The notes under the pieces: generated by a model
Databases searched by the model: none
The model's input: only the letters and a program-made list of their open reading frames with translations
What the model was told of the DNA's origin: nothing
Source of the DNA: Curvibacter sp.
GTDB taxonomy: Bacteria > Pseudomonadota > Gammaproteobacteria > Burkholderiales > Burkholderiaceae_C
Direction of reading: 5' to 3'
Length of the DNA stretch: 64,000 nt
NCBI GenBank assembly: GCA_019233055.1
Contig: JAFAMV010000162.1
Location: 3,306-67,305, forward strand
Program-made: the position numbers and the translations under genes
Shown: piece by piece, positions 51,412 to 60,313 of the stretch
How positions within the stretch are numbered: the stretch's first letter is position 1
Layout: every line of letters starts with the position of its first letter

Positions 51412-52716
51412 TCAGTGCCCCTTGTCGTTGCGGGCCTGGGCCAGCAGTTGCTGCAGCTCGGCCGCATGCTGCACCGTGTTGTGGCGGTGCCAGCGCTTGA
51501 TCAGCCACATCGCCAGGGCCACGACCAGGCCGAAGCAGGTGATGGCGCCGAAGGCCGAGAGCCCGAATTTGGTCGACAGGCTGTAGAGCGCGCCCAGGGC
51601 CAGGATGCAGGCCTGCTCATTGAAGTTCTGCACCGCGATCGAGCGGCCCGAACCCATGAGGTTGTGGCCGCGGTGCTGCAGCAGTGCATTCATCGGCACC
51701 ACCAGGAAACCGCCCAGACCGCCGAGCAGGATCAGGAAGGGCGCCGCCACCCAGACGTTGCCGATGAAGTTCATCAGGATCACCAGCACGCCCATCGCAA
51801 TGCCCAGCGGCATCACGCTGGTGGCCTGGTCGAGCCGCATGCGCATCGAGGCCAGCACCGCACCGACGGCGGTGCCGATGGCCACCACCCCGACCAGCGA
51901 CGAGGCCTGGGTGGTGCTGTAGCCGAGTGCCGCAGCGCTCCAGGCCAGCACGATGTAGCGCAGATTGCCGCTCACGCCCCAGAACAGGGTGGTGGTGGCC
52001 AGCGAGATCTGTCCGAGCTTGTCGGTCCACAGACGGCTGTTGCATTGCCAGAAATCGGGCAGCAGGTTCAGGGTATTGCGCAGGACGCTGAGTTCCGGGT
52101 CCTGGCGCATCGGCCGCATCTCGACGCCGGTGCGGGGGATGCGGGTGTTGAACCAAGCGGCCACCGCATAGACGAAGATCAGCACCGAGATCGCCGCCTG
52201 CGGCGGGGTGTTGATGCCGGTGTCGATGATGGGAAAGTCAAAGGACAGCAGCAGGCGCGAGACCGAATGCCCGACCAGTTGCCCGCCGAGCAGCACGCCG
52301 AGGATGATCGAGGCGATGGTCAGGCCCTCGATCCAGCCATTGGCCTTGACCAGTTGGGACGGCGGCAGCAGCTCGGTGAGGATGCCGTACTTGGCCGGCG
52401 AATAGGCCGCAGCCCCCAGGCCGACGACGGCATAGGCCATCAGCGGATGGGTGCCGAACAGCATCATCAGGCAGCCCAGCACCTTGATGGCATTGCTGAT
52501 GAACATCACCTTGCCCTTGGGCTGGGCGTCGGCGAAGGCGCCCACGAAAGGCGCGAGCACCACATAGAACAGGGCGAACATGGGCACCAGGGCGGCCCGT
52601 TCCCATTCGGGGGCTCCCTGGCTCTTCAACAACTCCACCGCCGCCACGAAAATTGCATTGTCGGCCAGCGAGCTGAAGAACTGGGCCGACATGATGGTAT
52701 AGAAACCGCGCTTCAT
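51412..52716 (-). CDS. lplT: lysophospholipid transporter (MFS)
   Basis: MKRGFYTIMSAQFFSSLADNAIFVAA...AYSPAKYGILTELLP is typical of LplT. Confidence 0.85.
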   Translation of the reverse strand: MKRGFYTIMSAQFFSSLADNAIFVAAVELLKSQGAPEWERAALVPMFALFYVVLAPFVGAFADAQPKGKVMFISNAIKVLGCLMMLFGTHPLMAYAVVGLGAAAYSPAKYGILTELLPPSQLVKANGWIEGLTIASIILGVLLGGQLVGHSVSRLLLSFDFPIIDTGINTPPQAAISVLIFVYAVAAWFNTRIPRTGVEMRPMRQDPELSVLRNTLNLLPDFWQCNSRLWTDKLGQISLATTTLFWGVSGNLRYIVLAWSAAALGYSTTQASSLVGVVAIGTAVGAVLASMRMRLDQATSVMPLGIAMGVLVILMNFIGNVWVAAPFLILLGGLGGFLVVPMNALLQHRGHNLMGSGRSIAVQNFNEQACILALGALYSLSTKFGLSAFGAITCFGLVVALAMWLIKRWHRHNTVQHAAELQQLLAQARNDKGH

Positions 52717-52853
52717 CGAGTGGGTGCTTCGAGCATCAGCAAAACTGATGCCTGGGTAATGTTGGTCACTGCCTCAGAAAGGCAGACGGTTATATCACGC
52801 GACTTCCGGGGCCAAATGCCAAAATCCCCTCAGTTCAACTCTGTGCCCCGCCC

Positions 52854-53972
52854 ATGCCACGCCCGATTCTGGCCACTGTTCACACTGCTGCGCTGCAGCA
52901 CAACCTGGCCCGCGTGCGCCAGTCGGTTCCGGATGCCAGGCTGTGGGCCGTGGTCAAGGCCAATGCCTACGGCCATGGCATCGAGCGCGCCTTCGAGGGC
53001 CTGCGCGGGGCCGATGGTTTTGCGCTGCTCGACCTGGCCGAGGCCGAGCGCGTGCGCCGCCTGGGCTGGCGCGGTCCGGTGCTGCTGCTCGAAGGGGTGT
53101 TCGAGGCACGCGACCTCGAGCTGTGCTCGCGGCTCGACCTGTGGCATGCGGTGCACTGCGACGAGCAGATCGACATGCTGGCCGCGCACAAGACCCAGGT
53201 GCCGCACCGGGTGTTCCTGAAGATGAACTCGGGCATGAACCGCCTGGGCTTCACGCCCGGGCGCTACCGCGCCGCCTGGACCCGGCTCAACGCCCTGCCC
53301 CAGGTCGACGAGATCTCGCTGATGACGCACTTCAGCGATGCCGACGGCCCACGCGGCATCGCCTACCAGGAAGAGGTGTTTGGCCAGGCCACCGCCGACC
53401 TGCCCGGCGAACGTAGCCTGGCCAACAGCGCGGCCACCCTGCGCCATGCCAGCCAGGCCCGCATCAAGAGCGACTGGGTGCGCCCCGGCATCGTGCTCTA
53501 TGGCAGCGCCCCCGATTTCCCCGAGCAGACGGCCGCCGGCTGGGGCCTGCAGCCGACCATGACGCTGTCGACCCGCCTGCTGGGCGTGCAGCACCTGGCT
53601 GCGGGCGACACCGTGGGCTACGGCTCGCGCTTCCAGGCCGAGCAGGCCATGCCCATCGGCGTGGCGGCCTGCGGCTATGCCGACGGCTACCCGCGCCTGT
53701 GCGACACCGGCACGCCGGTGCTGGTCAATGGCGTGCGCACCCGGCTGGTGGGCCGCGTCAGCATGGACATGGTCACCGTCGATCTGGGCCCGCTTGAAAA
53801 AGCAGGCGTCCCCTTCGGCTTCGGCAGCGAGGTCACGCTGTGGGGCCGCGCCGCCAAAGGCGAGGTGCTGGCCATCGACGAGGTGGCCCGCTGCGCGGGC
53901 ACCGTCGGCTACGAGCTGATGTGCGCGGTGGCGCCGCGCGTGAACATGGTGGTGGACGGCAGCGGCAGCTGA
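52854..53972 (+). CDS. alr: alanine racemase
   Basis: [11 protein letters not shown] (PLP lysine), [11 protein letters not shown] and [10 protein letters not shown]. Confidence 0.95.
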   Translation: MPRPILATVHTAALQHNLARVRQSVPDARLWAVVKANAYGHGIERAFEGLRGADGFALLDLAEAERVRRLGWRGPVLLLEGVFEARDLELCSRLDLWHAVHCDEQIDMLAAHKTQVPHRVFLKMNSGMNRLGFTPGRYRAAWTRLNALPQVDEISLMTHFSDADGPRGIAYQEEVFGQATADLPGERSLANSAATLRHASQARIKSDWVRPGIVLYGSAPDFPEQTAAGWGLQPTMTLSTRLLGVQHLAAGDTVGYGSRFQAEQAMPIGVAACGYADGYPRLCDTGTPVLVNGVRTRLVGRVSMDMVTVDLGPLEKAGVPFGFGSEVTLWGRAAKGEVLAIDEVARCAGTVGYELMCAVAPRVNMVVDGSGS

Positions 53973-54016
53973 GAAACGGCGAAGGGGCCGCACCCGCGGC
54001 GCCCTCCCCCGAGGCC

Positions 54017-54646
54017 TCAGGCCTTGGCCGTGGCCAGGGCCCGCTGCACGGCCGGGCGCTGCAGCAGGCGCTCGCGGTGCGCCACCACGCGCGGAAACTG
54101 CTGGATGTCCACGCTGTCACCGGCCAGCCACTCGCCCACGGTGTAGAGATAGCCGTCGGCCACCGAATAATGGTCTCCCAGCACCCAGGGCCCCTGGTGC
54201 AGCCAGACCTGCTCGATGTAGCGGAAGTTCTCGGTCATGTTCTGCGCCACCTTGCGCTGCATGCCGGCGATCGCCTCGGGCTCGTCGGCCCAGCGGGTGG
54301 CACGCGGGCGGTGGGCGTGGTTGATGTGCACCGTCGAGGACAGGTAGCTGTTGAACTCCTGCAGACGCGCCAGGGCGAAGGGCGAATCGAGCGGCGCCAG
54401 GCCGGCCTGCGGAAACGATTGGGCCACATAGAGCAGCAGGGCCGGGGTCTCGGTGAGCACGCCCTCGGGGGTGACCAGGGCCGGCACGCGGCCCTTGGGG
54501 TTGATCGCCAGGTACTCGGGACTGCGCTGTTCGCCGGCGGCGAAATTCAGCTTGACGACCTCATGGTCCACCCCGGCTTCGTGCAGGGCGATGTGGACGG
54601 CCAGGGCGCAGGTGCCGGGGGCCAGGTAGAGCTTGAGGCGGGACAT
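54017..54646 (-). CDS. glutathione S-transferase
   Basis: LYLAPGTCALAVHIALHEAG...INPKGRVPALV...YSVADGYLYTV shows the GST N- and C-domain pattern. Confidence 0.88.
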   Translation of the reverse strand: MSRLKLYLAPGTCALAVHIALHEAGVDHEVVKLNFAAGEQRSPEYLAINPKGRVPALVTPEGVLTETPALLLYVAQSFPQAGLAPLDSPFALARLQEFNSYLSSTVHINHAHRPRATRWADEPEAIAGMQRKVAQNMTENFRYIEQVWLHQGPWVLGDHYSVADGYLYTVGEWLAGDSVDIQQFPRVVAHRERLLQRPAVQRALATAKA

Positions 54647-54701
54647 GGGATCTCCAGAAGGTCGGATGGAACGGCGCCACCGTGGCGCCGCAGCGCAGTC
54701 T

Positions 54702-54969
54702 AGGGCCTGTTAACACTCATTTCTCCGGATGCGTTGGAGATCCATAAGGCCCAGCGCCAGGCGCAAACCGCAGCTGGGTCGGTGACCCAGCGAGGATTTG
54801 CAACGCCGCGGTGGGCCTTTTGGGCTCCAACCCGAAGGGAAGCCTGCCGCCCAAGCGCCCCTCGGCGTTGCGTGCCTTGCCCAGACGCCCAGTCTGGGCT
54901 GCGCCACGCGCCTTGATGGGCGCTTGGGCGGCAGGCTTCGCACCGGAGAAATGAGTGTTAACAGGCCCT
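54702..54969. repeat. nested palindromic (MITE-like / long-hairpin) non-coding element
   Basis: Outer perfect 27-bp inverted repeat (54702-54728 / 54943-54969, AGGGCCTGTTAACACTCATTTCTCCGG). Inner perfect 22-bp inverted repeat (54839-54860 / 54918-54939, GAAGCCTGCCGCCCAAGCGCCC). Apical 8-bp hairpin at 54879-54899. A 110-nt segment (54729-54838) is present on the left side only. Confidence 0.8.
54759..54809. repeat. short structured repeat unit, copy 1
   Basis: AGGCGCAAACCGCAG-[CTGGGTC GGT GACCCAG]-CGAGGATTTGCAACGCCGC. The flanks are identical to copy 2. The central hairpin has a different sequence but the same 7-bp stem architecture. Confidence 0.75.
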
Positions 54970-55028
54970 GGTACGCCAGCCCGAAGATAGCGGAACACCA
55001 TGAAATCGATGGATTCGCGCGCGGGGCA

Positions 55029-55080
55029 AGGCGCAAACCGCAGCGATAGCCGAAGCTATCGCGAGGATTTGCAACGCCGC
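55029..55080. repeat. short structured repeat unit, copy 2
   Basis: AGGCGCAAACCGCAG-[CGATAGC CGAA GCTATCG]-CGAGGATTTGCAACGCCGC. Confidence 0.75.
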
Positions 55081-55130
55081 CCTGCGTGCGAAGACGCGAT
55101 TTCATGTTTCGTTGTCTCCGGGCTGGTGTA

Positions 55131-56210
55131 CTAAGGCCTGTCGCAGGCCGAGCGGCCGGCGGGGTCATCGAACAGGGCGGCCAGACCGCAGGCCGACCCG
55201 AGCATGCGATCGCCCTCATGCCCCACGCCCGGCACCACATGCGCCTGCTGGCGCAGTTCGGCATGGCGCTGCTGCAGGTAGGCCAGGTAGTGCTGGCCCC
55301 GGTAGAGCCGATAAAGCCCCTGGGTCTCGGCGGCGCAGGAGCGGTCCAGCGCCGGGTGCTGCGGATTGGTGTCGGCCCCTCCCAGCAGATAGACCACATC
55401 GCGCTGCACATAGCGGGCCTCGTAGGCCTCGGGACTGAGTTGGCGGGCATAGGGCGGGGCCTCGGTCCAGCCGTATTTCCAGCTGTTGAAGCCGGGGCAG
55501 GCCTGGGCGTCGGCCGGGCTGAAGCCCCCCGCCGGCAGCGGCCGCTCGGCACTGAAGTAAAGGTAGGACGAGGGGTTGGCCACCACATAGCGCACCGCCA
55601 CGCCGGCGGCGGCCAGCGCGGCCTCGCCCTGGCCCACCACCGCATAGCGCTGCACCACCTGGCCGCCGCCCGAATGCCCGGCCACCACCACCTGACGCAG
55701 CCTTGGAAAACGCTGACGGTCGGCCAGCAGGCCCAGCACCGCATCGATGGCCTCGAAGGAACTGACCGGCGCCGGGCCCAGGGCCTTGTCGCCCCCCATC
55801 CAGCCCTCAAGGCTCCAGCGCAGGGTGTCGGCGGCCAGGGCATGCGCGCTCACGTCGCGCTCGGCCAGGAACTGGGGCACGATCAGCAGGGTGTGCCTGG
55901 AGGCTTCGGGGGCAGCCGCAGCCGCCTGCCGGGCCGAACGCCAATAGACATCGGCATCGCGCAGGCGGCCGTGGAAGACCAGCACCGCCCGATCGATGTC
56001 GGCCTGCACCGCACCATCGTCGAGCGGGCGCGAGGCGTACAGCGCCAGCGATCCCTGGCCCGCACCCACATCCACCCGCAGGCGCTGGTCGCCCACCGCC
56101 TGCACGGGCCAGCGATTGGGGGCATCCTCATCCTTGGCGGACACCGTTTGGGCGACGGACAAAAGCCCCAGCAGCGCCAGGACAGGGATCCAGCGGGTGA
56201 TGGGCTTCAT
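55131..56210 (-). CDS. secreted alpha/beta-hydrolase-fold protein
   Basis: Signal peptide MKPITRWIPVLALLGLLSVAQTVSA and the nucleophile elbow VVAGHSGGGQ. Its start overlaps the upstream stop by 4 nt. Confidence 0.7.
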   Translation of the reverse strand: MKPITRWIPVLALLGLLSVAQTVSAKDEDAPNRWPVQAVGDQRLRVDVGAGQGSLALYASRPLDDGAVQADIDRAVLVFHGRLRDADVYWRSARQAAAAAPEASRHTLLIVPQFLAERDVSAHALAADTLRWSLEGWMGGDKALGPAPVSSFEAIDAVLGLLADRQRFPRLRQVVVAGHSGGGQVVQRYAVVGQGEAALAAAGVAVRYVVANPSSYLYFSAERPLPAGGFSPADAQACPGFNSWKYGWTEAPPYARQLSPEAYEARYVQRDVVYLLGGADTNPQHPALDRSCAAETQGLYRLYRGQHYLAYLQQRHAELRQQAHVVPGVGHEGDRMLGSACGLAALFDDPAGRSACDRP

Positions 56211-57187
56211 GCGGGATAGAGTCCTTTGACACGGGCCTGCAATCGGGCCAGGCCCAGCAGCGCATCGGTGAAGGGGCTGGGCACGCCGGTCAGCTGGCCC
56301 AGCTCGCGCACCGCGCCGACCAGGGCGTCGAGTTCGACGCTGCGGCCGGCCTCCACGTCCTGCAGCATCGAGGTCTTGAAGGCCCCCAGCTTGAGCGTGA
56401 TCTGGTGCCGGTCTTCGGGGCTCTGCGTGATCGGGATGCCGATGCGCGCGCCGATCTCGCGGGCTTCGAGCATCACGCTCGAGATGAACTGGCGCACCAG
56501 CTCGTCGCCCATGATCCGGTCGGTGGTGGCCCCGGTCAGGGCGCTGACCGGGTTGACCGTCATATTGCCCCAGAGCTTGTACCAGGTGTCCTTCTGGATC
56601 TGCTCGGAGACCGTGGTGTCGAAGCCGGCGCGGGCCAGCAGCTTGCCGACGGACTGGACCGCTTCACTGCGCCCGCCGGCCGGCTCGCCGATGATGAGGC
56701 CGTTGCCGAAATGGTGTTTGACCTGGCCCGGACCGTTGAGCGAGCAACTGGCATGCACCACGCAGCCGATGACCTGGGCGGCGGGAATCGCCGCCGCGAT
56801 CTCGCCCGTCGCGTCGACGCTGTGCAGCCGGCTGCCGGCCAGGGAGCCGCCGAAACCCTGCAGAAACCACCAGGGCACGCCATTCATGGCGGTCAGCACA
56901 CGGGTCTGCGGCCCGATCAGGGGGCCGATGCGGCGCGCCACCTCGAGCAGGGCCGGCGCCTTGACCGCGATCACCACCAGGTCCTGCTCCCCCAGTTCGG
57001 CCGGGTCGGCGCTGGCCTGCACCGGCACCGCCTCGTTGCGCCCGCCCTGCTCCAGCCGCAGGCCATGGCCCTGCAAGGCCTGCAGGGTCTCGCCACGCGC
57101 CACCACGCTGACCGCGCTGCCGGCCCGGGCCAGGCCGGCGCCGATCCAGCCGCCGATGGCGCCGGCACCGTAAATACATGTCTTCAT
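56207..57187 (-). CDS. ketopantoate reductase (PanE/ApbA) family oxidoreductase
   Basis: MKTCIYGAGAIGGWIGAGLARAG Rossmann N-terminus and family-typical length (326 aa). Confidence 0.8.
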   Translation of the reverse strand: MKTCIYGAGAIGGWIGAGLARAGSAVSVVARGETLQALQGHGLRLEQGGRNEAVPVQASADPAELGEQDLVVIAVKAPALLEVARRIGPLIGPQTRVLTAMNGVPWWFLQGFGGSLAGSRLHSVDATGEIAAAIPAAQVIGCVVHASCSLNGPGQVKHHFGNGLIIGEPAGGRSEAVQSVGKLLARAGFDTTVSEQIQKDTWYKLWGNMTVNPVSALTGATTDRIMGDELVRQFISSVMLEAREIGARIGIPITQSPEDRHQITLKLGAFKTSMLQDVEAGRSVELDALVGAVRELGQLTGVPSPFTDALLGLARLQARVKGLYPA

Positions 57188-57263
57188 CTGGGTCTTCCTG
57201 GGCGCTCTGCGCCACCGGCATCATAGGGAATCGGTGCCGACTCTGCTGAGCCGGGGGCAAGCA

Positions 57264-58043
57264 TCAGGCCAGGTAGCTGCTGTCCTTGCGGTGCACCTGG
57301 CGCACCAGGGCATCGAAGACATCCTGGCCCGCGCCATGCGCCGGGCTGAACTGCAGCGAGTCGCGCGTGCAGCGGGCGGCGATGGCCTCGCCGATGGGGA
57401 TCGGCGCGCCCATCGACAGGGTGGCCAGCTGGATCTCGCAGGCCCGCTGCAGGGTCCAGAGGATGGCGAAGGTCTGCGGCAGCGTCTGGCCCCAGCTCAG
57501 GAGGCCGTGGTTGCGCAGGATCACCGCCGGGGTGCTGCGGATGGCCCGGGCGATGCGGGGCCCTTCCTCGGCGTGCACCGTGATGCCTTCGAAATCGTGG
57601 TAGCCGACCATGCCGTGCAGCTGGGCGCTGTAGAAGTTGGTCTGCTGCAGGCCGCCCTGCAGGCAGGCCACCGACACCCCGGCGGTGGTGTGGGTGTGCA
57701 TCACGCAGTGCGCCTCGGACAGGTGTTCGTGGATGGCGCCGTGGATCACGAAGCCGGCCGGGTTGACCGGGTGCGGCGAGCCGTCGAGCACCCGTCCGTG
57801 CACATCGATCTTCACCAGATTGCGCGCGGTGACCTCGCTGTAGTGCAGGCCGAAGGGGTTGATGAGAAAGTGCTTCTCGCCACCGCTCACGCTGTCGGGC
57901 AGGCGCAGCGTGATGTGGTTGTAGATCATCTCGGTCCAGCCCAGGTGATCGAAGATGCGGTAGCAGGCGGCCAACTGGGCGCGGGCGGCCCATTCCTCGG
58001 GGTGCATGCCGGCAGGCACGGGGGGCAGTTCGGGGGTGTTCAT
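57264..58043 (-). CDS. class II aldolase/adducin-domain protein
   Basis: ACYRIFDHLGW...INPFGL...HGAIHE...CVMHTHTTAG...LRNHGLL carries FucA/adducin-type metal-binding His motifs. Start at the internal ATG at 58043. Confidence 0.85.
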   Translation of the reverse strand: MNTPELPPVPAGMHPEEWAARAQLAACYRIFDHLGWTEMIYNHITLRLPDSVSGGEKHFLINPFGLHYSEVTARNLVKIDVHGRVLDGSPHPVNPAGFVIHGAIHEHLSEAHCVMHTHTTAGVSVACLQGGLQQTNFYSAQLHGMVGYHDFEGITVHAEEGPRIARAIRSTPAVILRNHGLLSWGQTLPQTFAILWTLQRACEIQLATLSMGAPIPIGEAIAARCTRDSLQFSPAHGAGQDVFDALVRQVHRKDSSYLA

Positions 58044-58066
58044 GGTGGTCTCCAGGATGTTTCTGC

Positions 58067-58870
58067 TCAGATCATGCGGAAGGCGATCGACCCGAGCGGG
58101 CCGTAGTCGGCATGGAAGGTATCGCCCGGCACGGCCGGCGTGGGGCGGGTGAACGAGCCGCCGAGCACCACCTCGCCGGCCTGCAGGCTTTCGCCCCAGG
58201 GCGCCAGCTTGTTGGCCAGCCAGGCCACGCCCTGGGCCGGGTGGTTGAGCACCGCAGCCGCCACGCCAGACTCCTCGATGACGCCGTTCTTGAACAGCAG
58301 GGCGCTGACCCAGCGCAGGTCCACCGCATCGGGGCGCACCGGTCGGCCACCCAGCACGATGCCGGCATTGGCCGCGTTGTCGGCGATGGTGTCGAACACC
58401 TTGCGCGGCGCCTTGGTGTGGCGGTCGAATTGCTCGATGCGGGCGTCGATGATCTCGATCGCCGGCACCACCCAGTCGGTGGCGGCGAGCACATCGAACA
58501 GGGTCACGCCGGGGCCGCGCAGCGGCTTGCCGAGGATGAAGGCCAGCTCGACCTCGATGCGCGGCGCGATGAAGCGCGAGAACGGGATGTCGCTGCCCTC
58601 GGGAAAGAACATGTCGTCGAGCAGGGTGCCATAGTCGGGCTCGGTGATCTGGCTCGAGAGCTGCATGGCCCGCGAGGTCAGGCCGATCTTGTGGCCGCGC
58701 ACGCTGCGCCCCTCGGCCAGCTTGAGCCGGACCCATTCGCGCGAGACGGCGTAGCCGTCTTCGATGGTCATCTCGGGAAAGCGCTTGGAGAAATGCTCGA
58801 CCTGCTGGCGGCTCTTCTCGGCCTGCTGGAGTTCGGCGGCCAGGGTGGCCAGGGTGTCGGGGCTGAACAT
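58067..58870 (-). CDS. hpaH: 2-oxo-hept-4-ene-1,7-dioate hydratase
   Basis: [11 protein letters not shown]...[57 protein letters not shown]...PRIEVELAF aligns closely by eye with E. coli HpcG/HpaH. Confidence 0.9.
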   Translation of the reverse strand: MFSPDTLATLAAELQQAEKSRQQVEHFSKRFPEMTIEDGYAVSREWVRLKLAEGRSVRGHKIGLTSRAMQLSSQITEPDYGTLLDDMFFPEGSDIPFSRFIAPRIEVELAFILGKPLRGPGVTLFDVLAATDWVVPAIEIIDARIEQFDRHTKAPRKVFDTIADNAANAGIVLGGRPVRPDAVDLRWVSALLFKNGVIEESGVAAAVLNHPAQGVAWLANKLAPWGESLQAGEVVLGGSFTRPTPAVPGDTFHADYGPLGSIAFRMI

Positions 58871-58908
58871 GGATGGGGTCCTTGTGGGGCTTGGCATGCA
58901 GGAGGCCC

Positions 58909-59346
58909 TCAGGCCTTGCCGGGGTTGAAGAGCGGGTGCAGGTTGCTGAACTTGCCGTCGTAGGACGGCGCGCCCTCGTCGACCTGCAGCGTCAGGCCGA
59001 GGTGACGCTGTTCATGCAAGGCCGCGAAATGGGCCTTGGCGGTGGCCAGCAGGGCGTCGCCGCACTGCACCACCACCTCGGGCGTGCGACCCGCGCCCAT
59101 GCGCAGGTTCAGGTAGACGAAGGCATAGTCGCCGTTGCCGCCGGCGGCCCGTCCGGCCACACCACCGTCGGAGATGGCGGCATGCGCGGCCGGGTAGGCC
59201 AGCACCCGGGTGCCGCCCGGCGGGAAGACCGCCTTGCCGGCCGCATCGCGCTGCACCAGCATGGTGTCGGCCAGGGCTCGGCACAGCGCCGTCATGTCGG
59301 TCTCGGCTTCGAGATTCGGGGTGTAGAGGATGACGAGATGGGGCAT
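58909..59346 (-). CDS. hpaF: 5-carboxymethyl-2-hydroxymuconate isomerase
   Basis: The [15 protein letters not shown]... N-terminal Pro-1 tautomerase-type start resembles E. coli HpcD (MPHFIVECS.N). Operon context supports the call. Confidence 0.8.
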   Translation of the reverse strand: MPHLVILYTPNLEAETDMTALCRALADTMLVQRDAAGKAVFPPGGTRVLAYPAAHAAISDGGVAGRAAGGNGDYAFVYLNLRMGAGRTPEVVVQCGDALLATAKAHFAALHEQRHLGLTLQVDEGAPSYDGKFSNLHPLFNPGKA

Positions 59347-59363
59347 GGCTGCAGCCTGGGGTG

Positions 59364-60287
59364 TCAGAGACGCGAGAACGATTGGTAGCCCTCGGCCGAC
59401 GAGGCCTGGGGCGCGGGGATGTGCCGGCCGGCCTGGGGCGTGACGGGCAGCACCAGATTGACCTGGCCGGTGCCCGAGGCGGCGAAATACGGCGTGATGA
59501 TCTCGGCCTGGCCGTCGTAGTCGGACCAGCCCAGCGCGCCCAACAGCATCGCGGTGTCGTGCATGAAGCCCTCGCCATGGCCCTTGGCCGCGTACTCGGG
59601 CAGCATGGCGCTGAAGGCCGCCCATTCGCCGCGCTGCCACATGCCCAGCACCTGGTGGTCCATGGCTTCGAGGAAGGGGCTCCAGATCTTGAAGGCGAAC
59701 TCGGGCGCCAGGCCGTTCTGCGCGAAGCGGTGCGACAGCGAGCCGCTGGCCAGGAAGGCCACCCGGCCGTCGTAATGGTCCTCGACCGCGCGGCGCATGG
59801 CCCAGCCGAGGCGGGCGCTGTCGTTGAGGTAGTGGCTGGTGCACAGCGCCGAGACCGAGACCACCTTGAAATGCTGGTCGGGGTTCATGTAGCGCAGCGG
59901 CACCAGGGTGCCGTACTCGGGGTTCAGCGTGGTGGCGTCGTGGGCCAGGGTCTCGACCCCGAGGGCATTGCACGATTGCGCCAGCAGGCGGCCCAGGGCC
60001 GGGTTGCCCGGGCATTCGAAGGGCAGGTTGCTGATGAAGTGCGGCAGCTCGTTGCTGGTGTAGACGCCCTTGAAGTGGGGGCCGCAGTTGATGTGGTAAT
60101 TGGCGTTGACCAGCCAGTGCGTGTCGAACACCACCAGGGTGTCGACGCCGAGTTCGCGGCAGCGCCGGCCGATCTCGATGTGGCCGTCGATGGCGTCCTG
60201 GCGCGAGCCCTTGCGCGGGCCGTCCAGCTCGCTGAGGTACATCGACGGCACATGCGTGATCTTGGCGGCCAGTGCGAGGGTTCCCAT
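59364..60287 (-). CDS. hpaD: 3,4-dihydroxyphenylacetate 2,3-dioxygenase (LigB-type extradiol)
   Basis: MGTLALAAKITHVPSMYLSEL...AIDGHIEIGRRCRELGVDTLVVFDTHWLVNANYHINC is near-collinear with the E. coli HpaD/HpcB N-terminus. Confidence 0.9.
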   Translation of the reverse strand: MGTLALAAKITHVPSMYLSELDGPRKGSRQDAIDGHIEIGRRCRELGVDTLVVFDTHWLVNANYHINCGPHFKGVYTSNELPHFISNLPFECPGNPALGRLLAQSCNALGVETLAHDATTLNPEYGTLVPLRYMNPDQHFKVVSVSALCTSHYLNDSARLGWAMRRAVEDHYDGRVAFLASGSLSHRFAQNGLAPEFAFKIWSPFLEAMDHQVLGMWQRGEWAAFSAMLPEYAAKGHGEGFMHDTAMLLGALGWSDYDGQAEIITPYFAASGTGQVNLVLPVTPQAGRHIPAPQASSAEGYQSFSRL

Positions 60288-60313
60288 GGTGCGTCTCCTT
60301 TGCGGTCCGGTGT

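Noticed and set aside
54702-54969. Considered a retron msr/msd, an integron attC site or an IS element as explanations for the nested inverted repeats.
   Set aside because: No reverse transcriptase, integrase or transposase ORF lies nearby. The arms do not show the attC core sites (RYYYAAC / GTTRRRY) in the right geometry. It is left as an unclassified MITE-like or structured element.
54710-55843. 377-aa minus-strand ORF, and several shorter ORFs, spanning the repeat region and the hydrolase gene.
   Set aside because: It runs through the palindromic non-coding element and is out of frame with the well-supported alpha/beta hydrolase gene. Its composition is low-complexity.
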